DNA of 12,111 nucleotides from a virus: UHGV virus genome UHGV-0179104; one strand, 5' to 3'. Shown piece by piece: positions 8,294 to 12,111 of this stretch (position 1 is its first letter; each line of letters starts with the position of its first letter). The notes under the pieces were generated by a model. It saw only the letters and a program-made list of their open reading frames with translations, ran no database searches and was not told where the DNA came from. The position numbers and the translations under genes were made by a program.

Positions 8294-8449
8294 TCAGATG
8301 TTTTCATAAATATCAGTCCTCATCGTTTTGCCTGGCATGTCCTTTACCAGCAATCTTCTGTATGCACTAAGCCTAGATAGAATCCACTCAGTGTACACTG
8401 AAGCCCGCTCGACGCTTTCTTGTTCGTAACTTCGATTTTGGTCAATCAC
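8294..8449 (-). CDS. NinF-like small ORF with divergent C-terminus (possible truncation or fusion at an insertion junction)
   Basis: GTG at 8447-8449 overlaps the ninE stop. N-terminal ...[10 protein letters not shown] resembles the lambda NinF N-terminus as I recall it (QYQKESVERAL), but the Cys-rich remainder is absent and the ORF runs into AT-rich DNA. Confidence 0.3.
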   Translation of the reverse strand: MIDQNRSYEQESVERASVYTEWILSRLSAYRRLLVKDMPGKTMRTDIYENI

Positions 8450-8628
8450 CTTGTTTTCCTCGCACAATGACTTAGCCACCGGATATCCCACAGGTGAGCC
8501 GTGTAGTTGAAGGTTTTTACGTCAGATTCTTTTGGGATTGGCTTGCGTTTATTTCTGGAGCGTTTCGTTGGAAGGTATTTGCAGTTTTCGCAGATGATGT
8601 CGGTGAAACTTCGTCGCTGTCGTCTCAT
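8446..8628 (-). CDS. ninE: NinE family protein
   Basis: 60-aa [54 protein letters not shown]..., matching NinE of lambda/DLP12 from memory. ATG overlaps the ninB stop (ATGA). Confidence 0.8.
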   Translation of the reverse strand: MRRQRRSFTDIICENCKYLPTKRSRNKRKPIPKESDVKTFNYTAHLWDIRWLSHCARKTR

Positions 8629-9035
8629 TCGTACCTCCTGTCGGTAAATCTGACACCCTGACCAATAGCCCAGGCTGTTGTGTACTCGATCAGACTTGCC
8701 ATACGCTTCACGCTCATCTGCGCGCTGCTTTCGCGAATGTTGACGTATTCGCCTTCAAGGCCGGGCAAAACATCAGCTTCCTGCTTTGTTGCCACTGCAT
8801 GACCGCTTATCAACAAAACCTTCCATTGTTCTGGTTTTAACCATTTATCGCACCATTGAACCTGACGTGCGATATCCGCCAGCATCGCGTGAAATTTTGC
8901 GTTCTGGTAAAGGTTGCGCTTGTAGTCAGTAATGCGGATGGTGACTGGCTTGTCTTTATCGAGTGGTGTTGCGAGGATGGCATTTATTGCAGCTTGCTGT
9001 TGTTGCTTAGTTCGGAGGAAGATTGTTTGCTTCAC
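8625..9035 (-). CDS. ninB: NinB (Orf) recombination mediator family protein
   Basis: 136-aa ORF; pattern ...[22 protein letters not shown]...W...E.WK parallels lambda NinB (...RSLDQNRKLWACLGDVSRQVEW...W...ESWK). GTG start with AAGGAG Shine-Dalgarno 8 nt upstream. Confidence 0.8.
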   Translation of the reverse strand: MKQTIFLRTKQQQQAAINAILATPLDKDKPVTIRITDYKRNLYQNAKFHAMLADIARQVQWCDKWLKPEQWKVLLISGHAVATKQEADVLPGLEGEYVNIRESSAQMSVKRMASLIEYTTAWAIGQGVRFTDRRYE

Positions 9036-9046
9036 TGAATACTCCT

Positions 9047-9232
9047 TTATTTTTTATGCCTGTAACCCCATTCTTCCAGCAACCTTGCGGCGTACCACCC
9101 AAGAAACAAAGGAAAGAACATTACAATGAGATATTCCCCGCCACGGTCAATGTTCGAAATTGACCAGATTACGATGTAACCAGTGTAGGACAGGAATATT
9201 ACAAACCCCAAAAAGCTACTTCGTCGACTCAT
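9047..9232 (-). CDS. Small hypothetical membrane protein (about 61 aa, two predicted TM segments)
   Basis: ATG at 9230-9232 two nt after the upstream gene's TGA, AAGGAG Shine-Dalgarno upstream. Product MSRRSSFLGFVIFLSYTGYIVIWSI...LIVMFFPLFLGWYAARLL...RHKK. The track start 9238 is a GTG. Confidence 0.5.
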   Translation of the reverse strand: MSRRSSFLGFVIFLSYTGYIVIWSISNIDRGGEYLIVMFFPLFLGWYAARLLEEWGYRHKK

Positions 9233-9234
9233 GC

Positions 9235-9555
9235 TCACTCCTTCACTTTGATTCCAGCAGCGCGGATGTTTTCCTCATAAGCATCCATTGCATCACCGAA
9301 GCCATTGGAATAATCAACAGTAAACCCTTTGGCTAATGCTTCTCTGCTGTCGATAAACTTTGGCGCGGTTATTTCAATAGCTGATCGCGATGCCTGCCAC
9401 GTTTGCCAGTGGCCTTGAACATCGTCCATCACGTATTGACCACCAATATTACCGCTGCCAATTTCATGGTGATTTTCAGGGTAACGGATAAGGTCTGAGG
9501 ATTCGCCTCCACGTCGCAACCAACTTTCTTCAAACTTCTTTCTTGATTCGTCCAT
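9235..9555 (-). CDS. Hypothetical soluble protein (106 aa), nin-region accessory gene
   Basis: ATG start with GAGGGT Shine-Dalgarno; acidic, non-hydrophobic product; translationally coupled to flanking small genes. No family recognised. Confidence 0.55.
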   Translation of the reverse strand: MDESRKKFEESWLRRGGESSDLIRYPENHHEIGSGNIGGQYVMDDVQGHWQTWQASRSAIEITAPKFIDSREALAKGFTVDYSNGFGDAMDAYEENIRAAGIKVKE

Positions 9556-9572
9556 CGATACTTACCCTCAGT

Positions 9573-9779
9573 TCAACTCACAAAACGCCACGCCATTTTT
9601 GCTACAGCGACAGGCGCAACACCGATAATCACCCACAGGAGAATGCTACCGAAAATCACACCCGCCAGGTCTTTACCTTCGCCTACCAACCGGACAAAAC
9701 TGCTGGCAACCACAATGAACGTCGCCACCATCCACATGGCACCGAGAATCCTCAATGCAGAAAAAATCAACTCAACCAC
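9573..9779 (-). CDS. Small hypothetical membrane protein (68 aa, two predicted TM segments)
   Basis: GTG start at 9777-9779 with GGGGAGAG Shine-Dalgarno about 6 nt upstream, immediately after the tR2-like terminator. Product has two hydrophobic helices (WMVATFIVVASSFV and VIFGSILLWVIIGVAPVAVA). Confidence 0.5.
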   Translation of the reverse strand: MVELIFSALRILGAMWMVATFIVVASSFVRLVGEGKDLAGVIFGSILLWVIIGVAPVAVAKMAWRFVS

Positions 9780-9802
9780 GATTTACTCTCCCCCAAATAA
9801 AA

Positions 9803-9826
9803 AGGCCTGCGATTACCAGCAGGCCT
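9803..9826 (-). terminator. Rho-independent terminator downstream of ren (tR2-like position)
   Basis: Perfect 8-bp inverted repeat AGGCCTGC (9803-9810) / GCAGGCCT (9819-9826) with an 8-nt loop; on the minus strand it is followed by UUUUAUUU (plus-strand 9795-9802). Confidence 0.55.
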
Positions 9827-9851
9827 GTTATTAGCTCAGTGATGTAGATGG

Positions 9852-10142
9852 TCATCTTTTAACTCCATATACCGCCAATACCCGTTTCATCGCGGCACTC
9901 TGGCGACACTCCTTAAAAATCAGGTTCGTGCTCATCTTTCCTTCCCGTTCTTCCCTGGTAGCAAACCGGTAATACACCGTTCGCCAGACCTTACCTTCGA
10001 TAACCAGAAGACCTGCCCGTGCCATTTTAGCCGCGGCCTGATTTATGCTGGTTACTGTTGCGCCTGTTAGCGCGGCAACGTCCGGCGCACAGAAGCTATT
10101 ATGCGTCCCCAGGTAATGAATAATTGCCTCTTTGCCCGTCAT
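9852..10142 (-). CDS. ren: Ren (Rex-exclusion protection protein)
   Basis: 96-aa ORF MTGKEAIIHYLGTHNSFCAPDVAALTGATVTSINQAAAKMARAGLLVIEGKVWRTVYYRFATREEREGKM..., essentially identical to lambda Ren from memory. ATG overlaps the P stop. Confidence 0.9.
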   Translation of the reverse strand: MTGKEAIIHYLGTHNSFCAPDVAALTGATVTSINQAAAKMARAGLLVIEGKVWRTVYYRFATREEREGKMSTNLIFKECRQSAAMKRVLAVYGVKR

Positions 10143-10840
10143 ACACTTGCTCCTTTCAGTCCGAACTTAGCTTTGAGTTCTGCGATCTTCGCCAGAGCCT
10201 GTGCACGATTTAGAGGTCTACCGCCCATGACAGGAAGTTGTTTTACTGGTTCAGGGATCGCCTCACCACGGTTAATTCTCGCAGTCATATGGACAAGCTC
10301 ATCTGCGGCCTTACGGCGTAATTCCGCATCAGTAAGCGCATTGGCCCGCATGTTCTGATACAGGTTGGTAACCAGCCAGTAGTGCGCGTTTGATTTCCAC
10401 GGATAAGACTCCGCATCCGGATACAGGCCTCGCTTCCGGCAATACTCGTAAACCATATCAACCAGCTCGCTGACGTTTGGCAGTCCGGCGATAACGGATG
10501 CTTCTTCCCGGCACCATGCAACAAACTGCCCGGGTGATGGCAGAAATGGTCGATTCTGCCGACGGGCTACGCGCATTCCTGCGTTAACCTGTTCCATTGT
10601 GGTGATCCCGTTTTCCCGGAAAGCCAGAACCCACTGGCGGCGGATTTCGTTCAGTTCGTTCTGGTCACGGTTAGCCAGGCTCGCCGGGAAAGTTGCCAGT
10701 AACTGGCTGAACACACCGTTGATGATCTGCGCTACCTGCTGTACCTGAGGCTTTTCGTCGTACTGTTCCGGCATGTTGTTGGCGATCCGACGCATCTGCT
10801 CACGGTCAAAGTTAACCATCTGTGCGGCGATGTTTTTCAT
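10139..10840 (-). CDS. P: Replication protein P (DnaB helicase loader)
   Basis: 233-aa ORF MKNIAAQMVNFDREQMRRIANNMPEQYDEKPQVQQVAQIINGVF..., near-identical to lambda P as recalled. Start overlaps the O stop (ATGA). Confidence 0.95.
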   Translation of the reverse strand: MKNIAAQMVNFDREQMRRIANNMPEQYDEKPQVQQVAQIINGVFSQLLATFPASLANRDQNELNEIRRQWVLAFRENGITTMEQVNAGMRVARRQNRPFLPSPGQFVAWCREEASVIAGLPNVSELVDMVYEYCRKRGLYPDAESYPWKSNAHYWLVTNLYQNMRANALTDAELRRKAADELVHMTARINRGEAIPEPVKQLPVMGGRPLNRAQALAKIAELKAKFGLKGASV

Positions 10841-11736
10841 AGATCCACCCCGTAAATCCAGTCTGTGTTTGTCAAGTCGAGTTTTGGTTTGCTGGCTGTC
10901 ACGGCTGCCTGTTGCTTGTTACGGTTGATTTCGAGCTGGGTCCACTTGTCGCGGAGTTTGGCCGGGCTAAGCACGTTACCGGACCAGAAGTTGTCCTGGC
11001 ATGCCCAGCGGAACAGTACACACATGTCGCGATGGTTGCGTCCGTCACGTTCACGCATCAGGCGGATATCGTTAGCCCACCCAGCAAAATTCGGTTTTCT
11101 GGCTGATGGTGCGATAGTCTTCACCATGTCAAACATCCACTCTGCGGCGGTCAGGTCTTCTGCTGTCCCCCACTTGCTGCCGCTCTGAATTGCAGCATCC
11201 GGTTTAACCACAGAAAGATCGTTTTCTGGCTGGTCAGAGGATTCGCCAGAATTCTCGGACGAATAATCTTTTCTTTTTTCTTTTGTAATAGTGTCTTTTG
11301 TGTCCCCCTGTTTTGAGGGATAGCAATCCCCCAATTTGAGGGATGTTTTATCCCTCGTTTTAGGGGATTTTCCCTCGTTTTGAGGGATACACCATTCTGA
11401 GATGTTTTTATTTGGTCCAAACATGCCGCATTGTTGCTTGATAATATTCATTCTGACGAGTTCTAACTTGGCTTCATTGCACCGTTTGACGGGTAACTTT
11501 GTAATCTCGCTAAGTTGAGAATCGGTGATTCTGTCCATTGGTTTATTCCACCCATAGGTTTTACGCAGAATGGCAAGCAGCACTTTAAACTGTCGCTTGG
11601 TCAGATCTGCGCCTGAATAAGCCTCAAGCAGCATATTTGATAGTCTGGCGTAACCATCATCGAGATCTGCCACATTACGCTCCTGTTCGGCAAAGTTACC
11701 TCTGCCGAAGTTGAGTATTTTTGCTGTATTTGTCAT
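10837..11736 (-). CDS. O: Replication initiator protein O
   Basis: 299-aa ORF MTNTAKILNFGRGNFAEQERNVADLDDGYARLSNMLLEAYSGADLTKRQFKVLLAILRKTYGW..., near-identical to lambda O as recalled; contains the ori iterons internally. Confidence 0.95.
   Translation of the reverse strand: MTNTAKILNFGRGNFAEQERNVADLDDGYARLSNMLLEAYSGADLTKRQFKVLLAILRKTYGWNKPMDRITDSQLSEITKLPVKRCNEAKLELVRMNIIKQQCGMFGPNKNISEWCIPQNEGKSPKTRDKTSLKLGDCYPSKQGDTKDTITKEKRKDYSSENSGESSDQPENDLSVVKPDAAIQSGSKWGTAEDLTAAEWMFDMVKTIAPSARKPNFAGWANDIRLMRERDGRNHRDMCVLFRWACQDNFWSGNVLSPAKLRDKWTQLEINRNKQQAAVTASKPKLDLTNTDWIYGVDL
11262..11390. repeat. ori-lambda: four approximately 19-bp iterons plus adjacent AT-rich unwinding region, inside O
   Basis: Plus strand 11303-11388 shows four related repeats (ccccctgttttgagggat / atcccccaatttgagggat / atccctcgttttaggggat / ttccctcgttttgagggat), preceded by the A/T-rich tract cttttcttttttcttttgtaatagtgtcttttgtgt (about 11266-11300). 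Confidence 0.85.
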
Positions 11737-11739
11737 AAT
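11711..11739 (+). promoter_or_regulatory. pO-like promoter for the oop antisense RNA
   Basis: TTGAGT (11711-11716), 17-nt spacer, CATAAT (11734-11739), overlapping the O start codon on the opposite strand, as in lambda. Confidence 0.5.
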
Positions 11740-11748
11740 GACCCCTGT

Positions 11749-11822
11749 GGATTGATCCAGTAATTCCCTCAGAATTGCATATCAATTTGCTTAGAGTCCC
11801 CGGCGGCCACCGGGGATTTTTT
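11749..11822 (+). ncRNA. oop: OOP-like antisense small RNA overlapping the 3' end of the cII-like gene
   Basis: Plus strand GGATTGATCCAGTAAT...CAGAA... resembles the lambda oop 5' region (GUUGAUAGAUCCAGUAAUGACCUCAGAAC from memory); ends in a hairpin TCCCCGG-cggcca-CCGGGGA (11797-11816) plus T6 (11817-11822). Ends are approximate. Confidence 0.6.
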
Positions 11823-11993
11823 CTTTGTGATTCCATCAAGCGCATACTTAAAAGCCCTGCTAATCGGACTGATGTCTGATGCCATTCCGAAAGCACACAA
11901 GACCGAAGCAATAAACCGCCAGTCCGTTCTGCTTATCTTCGATTCATGACAGCCAATCATCTTTGCCAGACCACGCTGGGTAAGCGTTGACAA
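11769..11993 (-). CDS. cII: CII-like transcriptional activator (lysogeny establishment), start codon uncertain
   Basis: Product ...LINLSTLTQRGLAKMIGCHESKISRTDW...GITKKKSPVAAGDSKQIDMQF aligns with lambda CII (HTH ...DKSQISRWKRDW... and C-terminal ...ILTNKKRPAATERSEQIQMEF). The frame stays open upstream to a stop at 12075-12077 with no in-frame ATG or GTG; the track start at 11993 is a TTG. Confidence 0.65.
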   Translation of the reverse strand: MSTLTQRGLAKMIGCHESKISRTDWRFIASVLCAFGMASDISPISRAFKYALDGITKKKSPVAAGDSKQIDMQF

Positions 11994-12111
11994 GTTGATG
12001 AGTAAATCTGTTTCTGCGCGATCAACGTCGCGCTGTGATAGTTTGCTGTAACTTGTTTGGGTAATGACTCCAACTTATTGATAGTGTTTTATGTTCAGAT
12101 AATGCCCGATG

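Noticed and set aside
8856-9834. Plus-strand ORFs 8856..9038, 8932..9129, 9543..9800 and 9643..9834
   Set aside because: Antisense to ninB and the small nin-region genes, which have proper RBSs and translational coupling.
10101-11420. ORFs 10101..10358(+), 10285..10524(-), 10865..11188(+), 10912..11106(+) and 11151..11420(-)
   Set aside because: Embedded in or antisense to O and P, which are near-identical to lambda proteins; 11151..11420 is an alternative frame across the ori iterons.
11696-11911. Minus-strand ORF 11696..11911 (71 aa)
   Set aside because: An alternative frame overlapping the cII-like gene and the O start; the cII frame has homology support and this one does not.

Overview
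The window is a segment of a lambdoid (lambda-like) prophage of the Escherichia/Shigella type, with the phage early-right and late operons running on the minus strand (12111 down to 1). Gene order in the direction of transcription: cII-like, O (with ori-lambda iterons), P, ren, a tR2-like terminator, three small unknown genes, ninB, ninE, a NinF-like ORF, [AT-rich insertion carrying a 590-aa plus-strand orphan ORF], an HNH/AP2 homing-endonuclease-like gene fused to the first 9 codons of ninG, ninG, ninI phosphatase, Q, pR'/qut-like region, [AT-rich moron: split membrane-protein gene], a phage-21-type pinholin and SAR endolysin, and lambda-like Rz/Rz1. O, P, Ren, Q, NinI, NinG and Rz closely match my recollection of the lambda proteins; the lysis pair and the cII region look like they come from a different lambdoid lineage, so the element is mosaic. 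The best candidates for undescribed biology are the 590-aa AT-rich ORF inserted in the nin region, the HNH gene at the ninG start, the split membrane-protein gene between Q and the holin, and the three small genes between ren and ninB. All homology statements are from memory of protein families, not from a database search; coordinates of small RNAs, promoters and terminators were read by eye.
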